From: Seison nebaliae
Lineage: Eukaryota
Reading direction: 5' to 3'
DNA: 64,000 bases
Assembly: GCA_023231475.1 (NCBI GenBank)
Contig: JALJEE010000145.1
Location: 62,001-126,000 of the forward strand
Below the pieces are notes generated by a model. The model saw nothing but the letters and a program-made list of their open reading frames with translations, was not told the DNA's origin and made no database searches. Shown here in pieces: positions 26,141 to 38,256 of this stretch; within the stretch, counting starts at the first letter, position 1; the number at the start of each line of letters is the position of its first letter. Made by a program: the position numbers and the translations under genes.

Positions 26141-26596
26141 ATGTTAAATGTACAACCAATCGACCAACGAATTATCCGTCTTTATCGTCGAGTAGATCGA
26201 ACGAAACGAATCGAAACAGAAAACGAAATTTTCTTCTCCAATTTCTTACGTTTACAATTGATGAGATTAAAAAAGGATCACCAAACGGAATTGGCAAAAA
26301 ATGAGAAAATCGTTCGATTAGTCCAACAATTGAACGAACAAAATTCCAATAAATTCTATCGAACTTTATCGCCATTTCCTAATTATATCCATCTAAAAGA
26401 ACAACAATTATTGTTGAGTCAACCGAATAAAGCACAATCGAAGAATATATTATCATCAATGACGGATTATCGATTACAACGTAGACAGATAGTTGTACAA
26501 CGATCAGCAGATCATAAACGAATGATGTTGGATAATTCGAGAAGTTCCGCTCGTCGTCAAAAGTCTTCTAGATGCCGAATAAAAACTCCACATTAA
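26141..26596 (+). CDS. Hypothetical basic, coiled-coil-like protein (may have an upstream exon)
   Basis: 151-aa ORF in AT-rich DNA with no recognisable motif. The frame stays open back to an acceptor-like CAG at 26098-26100. Confidence 0.5.
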   Translation: MLNVQPIDQRIIRLYRRVDRTKRIETENEIFFSNFLRLQLMRLKKDHQTELAKNEKIVRLVQQLNEQNSNKFYRTLSPFPNYIHLKEQQLLLSQPNKAQSKNILSSMTDYRLQRRQIVVQRSADHKRMMLDNSRSSARRQKSSRCRIKTPH

Positions 26597-26715
26597 ATGC
26601 ACGTCAATCCAAAAAATTGCATGTTCAATGCACATTATTCTAAAAGTGCATTTTAAATGCACGTCATTGCTAAACTTTCGTACTATTTATTTGTATAATA
26701 ATTTATTTCTGAATT

Positions 26716-27946
26716 TTAATGAGGACGATAAGGTGGAACTGGCGATCGATTACCGCGAAGAGTGTTAGGTGTGGTGTTGGAAGATTGATCACCATCGACC
26801 TTCTTTTTCCGATTAACATCTTTCCCGTCGTTGTCAACGTAATCTCCACAATCATTACGATGACGATCTCTTGAATGAACTGATGTTTCTAATGATTCTC
26901 TCAAATATTGAACGACGAGATTAATCGCTACATAATTTTCCGCACCTCTTGGAATGATAACATCTGCATATTTTTTTGTCTGAAATAAAAATGATGAAAT
27001 TCTTATTTGTCTCGAGAATTAGTTTAACTGGTGAGCAGAATTCATCGAAAGCTGGTTTCACGTATTTCTGATATTGATGTAGAACATGTTCTAATGTTCG
27101 TCCGCGATCTTTCATGTCACGTCGAACTAAAATCATGAGAGAGAAAAAGAGAGAGAGAGAGAGAATATTTGTGTTTCGTGAATGAAGAACGAATGAAAAG
27201 TTTGAACCTCGTCGACTTAATCTCGTATCTGCATCGCTGTCCACAAAGATTTTTAGATCGTACATGGAACGTAATTCTTTTGGGAAGAAAACGAGAATTC
27301 CTTCCACTATTATTATTTTTATTGGAGGACGAATTGTCAATGGATCGATATCGATACTTCTGAAAAAATATGGAATTTTTTGAAAACATTCAACTACTAG
27401 AATGAGAACCTGGAATTAGTGGTGAAGTCATAAGTGGGAATAATAGTCGGTTTTCCATCACAAACATTTAATAAAGTTTTATGGAGTAACTCGAAATCGA
27501 ATGCCACTGAAAGGAAGATTTAAGTGTGATTGAAATTGAGAAAAAGTGAACGAGGATGATCAAAATTAAAATTGCCGTTATTTGCTAATGCAGCTTCTTG
27601 TTCATTCAATTCTTTATAAAACGAATCGCCACAAATATAAGCGACGTTATTACTGACGCGAGCAGTGGCAATTCGATGATCTGATTCGACAGCGGAACAA
27701 ATATCACCTCTACCACCATTGCCACGACGATTATTCGAGTTATTATTATTATTGGCCTTATTGGCACTAATGTTGTTTATCGTTAAGTTGTCAGTGTATC
27801 CAGTTAATTTCTCAATAATCTTCTTACAAACCGACGACTGACAATGAAAGAAGATGATGAGAAGGAAGTTAAAAATTAAAAATTGTTACTTTTCCGGAAG
27901 CCGTCCCTCCAGCCACACCGATGATAAACGGTCGTTTCATATTCAT
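26716..27946 (-). CDS. UCK: Uridine-cytidine kinase (6 exons)
   Basis: P-loop 'PFIIGVAGGTASGKSSVC', 'DSFYK..NFDHP', 'IVEGILVF', 'KIFVDSDADTRLSRRVRRD', 'YVKPAFDEFC.PTKKYADVIIPRGAEN' and C-terminal 'RPH'. Confidence 0.93.
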
Positions 27947-28582
27947 TGCGAACTATCAATCGATGAAGATAGAGGGAATGAATTTGATTTTCCCAAGATA
28001 CAGTTCGATTGAAAAATATGGTACTATTCGTAATGGTTAGAAAAAAAAACCAGATAAATAAATATATTTTCTCAAATGTCTCCCTGAAATCTGAAGATAA
28101 GCTTCAAATTTAAATTAAATAAATTGATAGCTAAGAATTTGAAATCAAATTTATTATTCAAAAGTGAACACAGTTTACACTGATTGAGAATGGTGGGAAA
28201 CTTTAAATTATTTACCAGAATATAATTAATAATAAATTATTCTTATTTATTATTAGTTGATTGATTTTGTTCGAGTTAATTTGCTTTTTGCATTCTCATT
28301 ATAATGTCTCGTGGAAAAAGACGAGAAAAACACTTATAAATAATTGGAATTTTTTATACATATTACGATTGTGTTTTTTGTTCGTAGACATTTATAAATG
28401 ATAGAATGATGAGAGTATGTATAAATGAATAACAATTAATCAAAGTACAGAAACGATTGTCGTATAAATAGACATTTAATTCTATCTTATTTTCCATTTG
28501 TCATCTTTAATTTTTATACAATTTATATAAAAAAAGAAGACGGACTTTCATGCCTATTTTCTTAATTGGATGAAGGAAGAAA

Positions 28583-29886
28583 ATGCATTCGTCATATAAT
28601 GAACAACAATTAACTGATGACAATTCATTTATAATTCGATCTCCCATTGACTTACACAACGAAGTGACGAACGAATATTTAACAATAAAGAATCGGAGAT
28701 TACACCGATGGAAAGATGTTTTTGGAAGGGAATTGGAGGACGCGGACGATTCACAATTGTTAAATTTAAATGAGAAGAAATTGAAAGGATTTTGTCGAAA
28801 GGGAATTCCTAGTGAATATAGAACTAGAATTTGGATGAATTGCACCAAAGCTTCTCTCTATCTCAGACATCGAGAAGATGATTATCAGAGATTCTGCGAT
28901 TCAATTTCAACAGGCAATCAACGTGTACTTGAATCAATTAAACTTGATTTGCCTCGAACTTTTCCAGATAATCAATATTTCGCTATCAAAGATGAAAATC
29001 CTACCCATCCCAATTACATCAAAGAGAAAACGCCCAGTTTCATCATCAATTCATCAACGACAATTGGAATTAATAAATCTAAGGATGAACATGATGATAT
29101 TGATGGAAGAACGGATAGACTTGAAAATGTAAAAAATGATAAATTTCCATACAAATACGGAAATGTAAATAATCCGAATGATACTATGGTGGAAAAATTA
29201 GGAAGAATTCTCAATATATTCGCACAAGCGGAACCGGAAATTGGTTATTGTCAAGGAATGAATTTCATTGCTGCATTCGTCTTGTTGACGATGGAAAAAT
29301 CGTCATATGATCAACAATTCTCACCAGAAGATAGACAACGTCGATCATTCTGGATGTTTTATGTATTTATTATGGAAGTGATGCCATTCGATTATTACAC
29401 GTCATCAATGAGTGGGATTTTACGTGACGGAAAAGTTGCTGGCGAATTGATTGGCAATCGAATGCCACGTTTAGGTCAATTATCTAAATCACTTAGTGTC
29501 GATTGGACACTAATCGTCACTAAATGGTTAGTGTGTGCTTTCGCTGACGTATTACCATCAGAGACAACATATCGTATCTGGGATTCTTTAATATTAGAAG
29601 GCGATAAAATATTATTTCGGACAATTATTACACTTGTCAAAATTTCGGAGAAGGAAGCACGCACTGCTAGAAATATGATGCAATTCATTGAAATTGTGCG
29701 AAATGTGTATGATAAACGAGATATCGTTCATCCAACTAAATTTATTAATGTTTCAATTTTAATTTAATTAATTCCTTAATTAATTCCAATTCATTTCAGA
29801 GAATATTTCATGATCCAGGAAATTTGAGAAGAACTGAAATCGTGAAATTGAGAGAGAAGCATGATGTAACCAAATCAAAACTCTAA
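28583..29886 (+). CDS. GRTP1: Rab-GAP TBC-domain protein GRTP1/TBC1D6 (2 exons)
   Basis: 'RKGIPSEYRTRIW', R-finger 'IKLDLPRTFP', Q-finger 'GYCQGMNFIA', 'VLPSETTYRIWD..EGDKILFR'. Intron 29750-29799 precedes a last exon 'RIFHDPGNL..KLRE' resembling the GRTP1 C-terminus. Confidence 0.85.
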
Positions 29887-30318
29887 ACCAATTTTTAAAG
29901 AGAATTTTAAAAATTTTTTTTAGGTTTTTAATTAAACTTCAATTTATTATATGCCGATTTTACATACATTTCATCAATTCCATTCAAATTCCGTAATTAT
30001 TATTTTAGTCATTTTAATGAAATTTTACTTCGTCATGAACAACTCGCTATTTGAACAGTATCCTCCCTTTTTATTTTTTATTCAATTAAATTTATTCTTT
30101 TCAACGAATTAAAATTTATTCTGTTTTCTCAATTTCCTGAACGAAAAATATTAAATTTCCAAAAAAAATTCTACATTATTTTTCCATGTTTTTGTGTTTA
30201 TTTGAATGGAATGAACAAATTGGAATTTCTTGTAAAATGAAATTTCATCAAAAATAATTTGATAATGAGAAATTTAAGTTGAGATTAGGAAATCCGTTAA
30301 ATATATTTCGACGTTTTC

Positions 30319-31539
30319 TTATTTCTTCTTTTGCGCTTCTTCGAATTTCATTTTTTGCACTTTTTCCAGATGCTTCAAAACAAAACTTGCTTCCATCCAT
30401 TTGCCTAAAAAATAATGAAATTTATGAAATTTTAATAAGTATGAAATTTTAACTCATCCAATCTTTTCGTCGATTGTGTTTTGATGAATCGTTTGAACAA
30501 TTCTCTTTCATTTCAAAAACATGTGAGTTGTGTATACGTTGGGAATGGGATGATTTGTTGGACAATGGCATTTCCCTTGTGACGGTAGAGCGGAGCATGT
30601 AACTCATTGATTCATATTCACCGTCTGATTTTATACTATTATTCATTTTATCATTATTAAGATTTTTAGTATGATCTATCTCACTCTTTTTTTCCATAAT
30701 TTTCTTATTCACCGGATATTGATCAATTTTATTCATATCATTCAATTCACATCGATAAATTGAAAGACTTAAATGATTTGCTGAATTTGGAATAACTTCT
30801 TGAGAACCAAATGTTACATGTCGTTCATGGGACCGTTGTCGGTGTGTTGTTGTTGCTCGTTTGTTACGGACACATTTACTAGTTTGACATCGTCTAGTAT
30901 TTTCATCATTTCTTTTCAAAACTGATGAATGTTCCAATTGGATTTGTGCTGATTTAATTCGATGGAATGTATTCGAATTTTTTTGAGTCATTTCACTCCG
31001 ATTATCTATGAAGAAAAAAAAGTTTTTAGTTTTCAGGTTTGAAAAAAAGAAAAACCATTTCTAAAAATAGTCATTCGTTCTCCTGTCGGTTGGGAGTTTG
31101 GTGATTTTCGGATTTGATTGATAACTTCATTCTTTTTATTTACACGATTGATCGGTGCACTTCGGACAATTGATGGATAACGTCCTCGATTTTTCTTCTT
31201 TTTCTGTTTAGAGTTCTGGAAATGATGAATGGTATGGACAACTGTCGGATATTTGGGAGTCTCTTTCTCCGTTCCATGATCGGCTAATTCATCTAATGAC
31301 CGAACTTGTTGAACTTTCAATGGAAAATTATTATCAGGTGATGGAGGAATTGTACCGAATCCATGCATACGATTTCTTAAGTAATATTTGCGTAAAGCTT
31401 CATTCAATTCCTTTGACGATGAAGAAGAGAATCTTCCTCGATTTGTCTCATTTGAAGAATTAGATTGGAGTGAAGACTGTTTTTCCAAAAATGGATGATT
31501 TATTATCATTTGTCGATTGTCAATAATTGTATGAATCAT
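30319..31539 (-). CDS. Hypothetical basic, low-complexity protein (3 exons)
   Basis: ORFs 31033-31539 and 30449-30991 plus a final exon (KWMEASFVLKHLEKVQKMKFEEAQKKK*) can be joined by short GTT..AG introns. No recognisable domain. Confidence 0.55.
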
Positions 31540-33042
31540 TCCGTATGTCTATCCTTATGTCAATCAGTCAATGGAATGTTTAATTAAAGAAATTATCACT
31601 CAATTCTATAGAATGGTAAGTAATAGTTTCTTCTATTCACAATTATAAATATTCACTTCTATATTTGTGAGACTAAATAAAATATTTTGAAAAATTTTTT
31701 TTAGTTTTTTATCAGAAATTTCTTTTTTTTTTCTTGATAATTTTTCCGTTTCTTTTGTTTGTATATTTGCTTCCTTTATGTGAATAAGGTCCTTATATTG
31801 AGGGAAATTTTAGATCTAGGATTTCGTACGATTATTTATGAGAACGAACGACGATGGTGTTAGGTCAGTTGATTGACTATGAATGTCAATTGAATTGAAG
31901 TGATATAGTTTGAGCGCATGTTACAATTATACTCCATGAAAAAAATTACATAGAAACTTATCAAACATATCATAAATTCTCTACATTTATATTCTCGTGT
32001 TTTATTTTCTTCCGTTGTTATCGTTTTAATAATTACATATATTGACAGTTCACTACACATATTTTATAAGTGATGTATATTATAGTTACTCGTTGTCATG
32101 GAAACGAACACGATTCAAAATTTCCACTTTTCTTCCTTCTTTTCATAAAATATTTAGAATTTTCCTGACGCTATTTGTTAAATGAATTGAACGTACTTTA
32201 TTGTACGTCTAACCAATTTGAAGGCATTAAAATTGAGAAAAGAGAGAATCATCTTCACATTAGATTTGGATGAAGAAAAAAAATCATAATATCCATTCTT
32301 ATTCCACTAGTAATTCTAGCGGAAAATACCTTCAATTTTATTATCCAAAATCCCTTTTAGACTATAACCGTTTCTAATGGAGTATAATCTAATTCGATTT
32401 AATTTCATTTTTTTTTCATTTCACATTCTTTCAATTCAAGTCAAATTAAATTAAAATCATATGATGGTACTTCTTTGGACACCTGGGGACGAATGGTCTG
32501 ATGAGTCGATAGTGCAAGTAGGTAATGAATTGGAACGTGGACCTATGCCTCACATATTGTACGAGAGTGTAATGACGAGGAATATTGTGTTATTATCTAT
32601 TGTTATGTTGCTCGGAGGTCTACTAATCTCTCCATTACATTTGAAGAGAACTGAATATACAATTGCCTTCCTCTTTAATAGAAGACAATACTAGTAATAC
32701 TCTGATGTCTGACTCTGACTGAATATTATATATTCCAATTTTCCCTATTCTTCATTTCTTAAACGATTATGATGATTCGTTTTTTTAAGATATTTATATA
32801 TTTATTATAAGATTATAAGATATAGACCATAATACTTAAGAACTAGATAATGTATGTGCTCATTCATATTCTTCCGTCACATCGGACAGATATGAAATGT
32901 TATAAAATAATTCATTGAATAGTTAAAGGAACATTATTCGAATGAAACCTCATTGAAAAGTTCATTTCAATCAATTTTCTTCGTTCAGTAAATTAATAAT
33001 TTATTAAACTATAAAATAATTTGAATAATGTTGGACGAAATA

Positions 33043-33600
33043 TCATTTGTTTATTTTCATTTCTTCAATAGAATCGAATATGCTCTTCTTTTTTTGATTA
33101 TCATTTAATTCAAAATTCTTTTGCAAATTACCGCAATGTCTACATCTGATTGACAATCGTTTTTCTAATAAAACTTCAAATTAATCTGAAGATGAATTAT
33201 AGAAACTTTTAATTCGAATTTTAGACGACGATCCGATCAATAATTCTGAACACTTTTTGCAAAATAACCGTTTGGTTGGAGATGTCCTGTGGGGGAGTTG
33301 AAAATTGGGAATAAAAGGAAAAGATTAACATGCGATAAACGCGTTTCTCCTGAATGAACTTCAAATCTTTGTTCAAACTTCTTGAATATTCTTCGAATAG
33401 TTTTCTTTGTTTTTCATTCGTCTCGTCTTGTGCCTCCTCTCTCATCCACACCGATAACTTAATAAATTTATTATCAAATTCAATTTACTGAAAGTACTAA
33501 CATTAAATAAATATTTACAACGCAACACGGCAGCATCTACATTTTTTGAGCGAAATATTTTAGTTTCTTTCGGCACTTCAAATTTCTTTTTCTTTCCCAT
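33043..33600 (-). CDS. RPP21: RNase P protein subunit p21 (Rpr2/Rpp21 family), 4 exons
   Basis: Spliced product MGKKKK..LRCKYLFN|LSVW..RVYRM|TSPTKRLFCKKCSELLI..|..LSIRCRHCG has the KRxxCxxC...CxxC zinc-ribbon pattern of Rpp21. Confidence 0.8.
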
Positions 33601-34417
33601 CGAATTATTGGCACGTGATCGAAACTTTTAAAACGCTTAAAATTTGAGATATTTTCGTTGCGGTCAATTGAATCCCAATGTTTTGTATGAAGAATTACGA
33701 AATATAATGCTTAAATTATTTTGATTTCGAAATTTCTTTTCATATTTCAGTGCATCTGGACATGTTTTTTTTATAATTTTTATTTATAAATAGAATTTCA
33801 TTATTCAATCCGTTATTTCAATTGGATTGAACATAAAATTTCAATTTTTCAATAAATTTGCAATGAAATCTTTAAATGGTTTCATTGTCGATAGAACTAA
33901 AGTATTCATCATTAAACGTCATTGAAAATGGTTGATTTATTAAATAATTTATTATCGAGTTCTAAGCGAATGAAATTGTAGAGGATGCAAATTGAGACTT
34001 ACGAGTTAAATTATTATCATTTAATGGCAAATGAATATTCGATTAGTATACATAAATAATGCAAATAATTTCGATTCGTTGAAGGTATTACCAATATTAA
34101 TATATATTTAAAAAATAATAAAAATATTTTGTTTTAACCGAAAAAAAGAATTTGAATGTAAAGTGAACGAATAAAGTGAGCACATTTATCATTGACATGA
34201 GAGATATTACGTCATAAGATTATCGAGTCAATGAAAAGTGAATGAAGAGTGAAGCTCATAATCTGAATTGAAGAGTTTGTTATTAGTTAAGGTGAATTAG
34301 TGGAAAAATGATTTTAATCTCACTTCCTTACTAGCAAAATATTATATTACATTTGTTATTTTATTATTTCGATGGGCACACGTTGTATTAAAAACAGTAA
34401 CATTATATGAACAACCG

Positions 34418-35134
34418 ATGAAGAGACTTCTAATAATTTTCACAATCAGTTTAATTTAATTCTTTAAAATCTCATTATTATTGTTCCAAATAGTTTTCTC
34501 CTCTTGTCATTCGGTAGAACAAGTCAACGATACTCTAAAAAGTTTTTCCTTAAACTCCATTCCAAATTAATTTCATTTCGTTCTAGATAATGACTATTTA
34601 AATTTAGTTGAAAAAAAGAATATTTCAGTTAGCATTCTTTCAAAAACAAATCAATCATACCCTCTCACCAATACCACCAATAATTTAATAAAAGATGGAA
34701 ACCTTACACTAATCCATATCAACTCCACGAAAGAAAATGTCAGTGTTAGTGATACGTACAATTCATCGAATAATTTATCAATCTCGTTAAATTTGAGAAA
34801 TATTTCAAATGTTTCAACCAACAATACCACAATAATAAGTACAATTAAACCTGATAATGTGACGAATAAGAATATTTCACTTAATTTTACTTTGTCTAAT
34901 AATAATGCTACAAAAATTGAGTTAGTCAAGTCAATTAATACAACGAACATTCCTCCAGTGGTTCCACCTCGTAAAACTACTCCAAGAATGGAAAAGAAAA
35001 ATGAATTGGCTAAATTAGAATCTGGAAAGAATAATAATGAAGATTGGAATCTCTTTTCCACCAGTAAACAGTCAAAAATTGTTGATAATATGAACAACAA
35101 TATTAAGGAAGTTGATGACGATGATGACGACGAC

Positions 35135-35175
<41 letters not shown>

Positions 35176-35572
35176 CGACGATGACAAAGACAAAGATGAA
35201 GACAAGGATAAAGAAGATCAATTAGATAAAAATATTATTTACTTGAAAAAAACGACTAACTCAAATTTGAAATTTGAGAAGGAGGAAAAAGAGAACGGGA
35301 AACCTATCGAAATAACGAAGAAAGACAAGATTAAGGACTCAGTTTTTGTTTATTCGCAGAAGAAATATAACGAAGAACCAACGGTCGGATTCTCCATGTT
35401 AAAATGGACATTATTTCTCATCGTCGTCACATATGTCTGTTACTTGTTATATGTCAAACGCAGAAAAGTTATTTTTTTTTCAAATTATTTTTCTCAACTT
35501 CTTTCTCCATTTCAGATACGATCAATTGTTCATAATAGTCGTGGAAATTATCAGCGTTTAAATAACGTCTAA
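34418..35572 (+). CDS. TGN38/TGN46 (TGOLN2)/KCT2-like type I membrane glycoprotein (4 exons)
   Basis: Signal peptide MKRLLIIFTIIFSSCHS, N-glycan-sequon-rich lumenal region, poly-Asp tract, TM 'MLKWTLFLIVVTYVCYLLYV', basic stop-transfer KRRK and cytosolic YQRL sorting motif. Confidence 0.7.
35114..35185 (+). repeat. (GAT/GAC)n coding trinucleotide repeat, about 24 Asp
   Basis: Direct reading of the sequence, in frame within the TGN-like gene. Confidence 0.95.
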
Positions 35573-35782
35573 TTTTATATGATACTTCCTGAGTAAATTC
35601 TCTTAGAATTATTCAGATCTTTTATTAATCGCCTATCATTTCTCCTTTTCTCATTCTACCGTCCATTCTTATCTTCTTTAATCCTGTTACATTTTTATTT
35701 CAAAATAAACTAAATTTTATTTTCGAATTATTCCAAGAAAACAATTTCTATCTAAAGTGTTTGTAGAGAAATCCATTCCAAA

Positions 35783-36391
35783 TTATTCGATTGGCATCAA
35801 CAAACTTTCCAATTCCTTATCAGATGATACTCCGCGAATAAATTCCTGTACGTTCAACTTCTTATTGGAATCGGCATCCATAATCTTGAAAATTTCTTCA
35901 ACTCGATTCTTCGCCGATTTCGATCCTTTCTGACTCTCGCCCGACAAGTCCAAAATTGCCTTAACTACTTTCGTCATTTCTTTCTTGTCGATGAATCCGT
36001 CGTCGTTACAATCGTGGATTTTGAAACCGAAACGTAATTTTTCTTGTGATGATCCAGTCGTGTTCATTGCGATGGATGTGAGAAATTCAGTAAAATCTAA
36101 AGGGAATTATCAAATTCGTTTAATTATTGAGAAGACTAAACCGATTTTACCAGAATTGTCACCATCAAATGCTCCAAAGACTAAAGCTGAAACTTTATCA
36201 ACTTTGGAACTCGGATAAAAATCTCGATAGGCTTTAATGAATGATTTTTTGGTGAGAAAACCGCCCGGATTCTCATTAATGAATTGAATGTACCATTCTC
36301 TCACTTCACTGACGGATTTGCCTGTGTTCTTGGCAAGAAAATCAATTTCTTCGTTAGAAAGTGTGTGTTGTTTCGATGATTTGCCACCCAT
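35783..36391 (-). CDS. Neuronal calcium sensor family (NCS/hippocalcin/recoverin-like), 2 exons
   Basis: Myristoylation motif MGGKSS, 'EVREWY..F..ENPGG.L', and EF-hands DGDNSGKI|DFTEF, DCNDDGFIDKKE and DADSNKKLNVQEF. Confidence 0.9.
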
Positions 36392-36719
36392 AATTCCTAA
36401 TAGTACCACAAAAAAATAATTCTGAAATTGTTGAATGAAGAGTTGCGAAGTAAAAATGGAGGAAACTGTTCGTTCTTATATAGAATTCTTATTTTATTTA
36501 AACAAAGAACATTATGTACAATGATTAATAATTGATAATCGGAAGGTCAGTTCTAATTAGAGTATGACGAATTTATGTTACTTTTATTTTAACGTCGACA
36601 ATCGACGTCGAGGGAAACGTCGTTGTGAAAAGAGAAACGAGATGGATCAAATGTCCTTCGTTTAAATTTATGTCAATAATTATTCATCTTTATTTAAGAA
36701 AAAAATATATGAAAAACAT

Positions 36720-37557
36720 TCATAATTCACTTCTCGTACCGTCATTAGAAATACATTGACAAGCCTCAGCTTGCGCGTCCAAATAAGCGGGACATCCTAA
36801 CAACATCGTTCCCTGATGAATCATCTGTGTCAATCCGTAACAATCTGGAAGTGAATGGGAATTGATAAAAGGAATTAGAAATTTGCCGAAAATAGTTTGT
36901 GAGATATATGACGATATTAATTCGATTAGTTGATCCCAAATGCCATCACGACGGAATGGGAACCATTTTAACGCTAATGCACTCACATAAATTGAAGTTT
37001 CACGAACTGAAAAAGAAGAAAAAGAAGTTCAAACAAAATTTTTTAAACTATCCACCAAATTTAAAGCAGATAAAGAATGAGGGAAAAAAGCAGAGATAAA
37101 AATCAGTGACAAAAAAAATTTCACACAATTTCTCTGAACTGAATTTTTTACCTTTAACTTCCTTTCCTATTATTAAACATTTACGATCCATACACTGCTT
37201 GAATAATTTATCACATTGTTTCTTTGTCTTCTCGCAGTCACTGTAACAATAGTCATGTTCATCACAACATTTCTCTATCTCTGAATGTGTTTGAAGCTAG
37301 ATCGTCAACATGAGATGATGTTTGGGACAAATAAGAATAACTTTCATTCCTTTCACTCCACATCCATTAGTATGTGCTACATAATCTGGTTTACTGTATC
37401 GACGTCCTTTTTTAAATGAAAAGTTATTGTGCAACCAAGCAGAAATGGTGAGTAAACCGTTGCAAAACTTGCATACCTTCTTCGTTGAAAATTCACTCAC
37501 TAAAGTTGACCATATGAGAATGGCAAACGAAAAGTGAAATACTTTCACGAACTTCAT
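36720..37557 (-). CDS. PLA2G12: Group XII secretory phospholipase A2
   Basis: Signal peptide, Ca-loop 'NGCG', catalytic 'CCDEHDYCYSDC', 'LGCPAYLDAQAEACQC' and C-terminal RSEL (KDEL-like). Confidence 0.88.
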
Positions 37558-38256
37558 TTCCTTTCAATTCGATTAAGTTGATCATTCAAATATGATTGTA
37601 AGATTTCATTAAAGTTCAATTTTTGTTTGTGTCAGTACTCATGATGTGACAATCTATATTAAATTTTCATCGAAGCCATTAATTCATTAAAAATTATCTT
37701 TTTGATCGACATATAAATAAAAATTGAAAGTAATAAAAATCATTATATTATTATTATTATTATTTATTATCAAAATTCCCGTTGGGATAAATTAGAAAAA
37801 ATATTAAACAACTTCCGGTCCTCACCAATGTTGATCAAGTGGTGCAAGTCGATAAGAGTTTCTTGATTAATCGGAGAAGACGTGACGGGATTATATGGAT
37901 TATATATACTATGCTACCGATCAATAATTATTTACCCACATCATTTATTACCAACTTTACATTATTTACAATATTGTTAGTTAATCATATATGCTACCAT
38001 AAACTTACAGTATCATTGATAATTAGATATCAAAAAAAATATATAAGTATAGCCAAAAAATTTAAAAGTTGACTTACAAGTTTTAAGTTCTGAAACATTT
38101 GATGAGGTTTGATTTTGAAAAAGATGAGCTATAAATTTTGTGAAAAGTATTCGAAAGTTATTAGTAATTTAGAAATTGATAATCTTTTAAACAAATAATT
38201 TAATTTCATCTAATTGAAATGAGGGCCTTATTAGTGAAATACATGATCATTTTCTG

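Noticed and set aside
34651..35205. 184-aa minus-strand poly-Ser ORF (and similar shadow ORFs at 5702-6079, 10857-11297, 49705-50085, 57648-57896)
   Set aside because: These are antisense mirrors of low-complexity or acidic coding sequence on the opposite strand.
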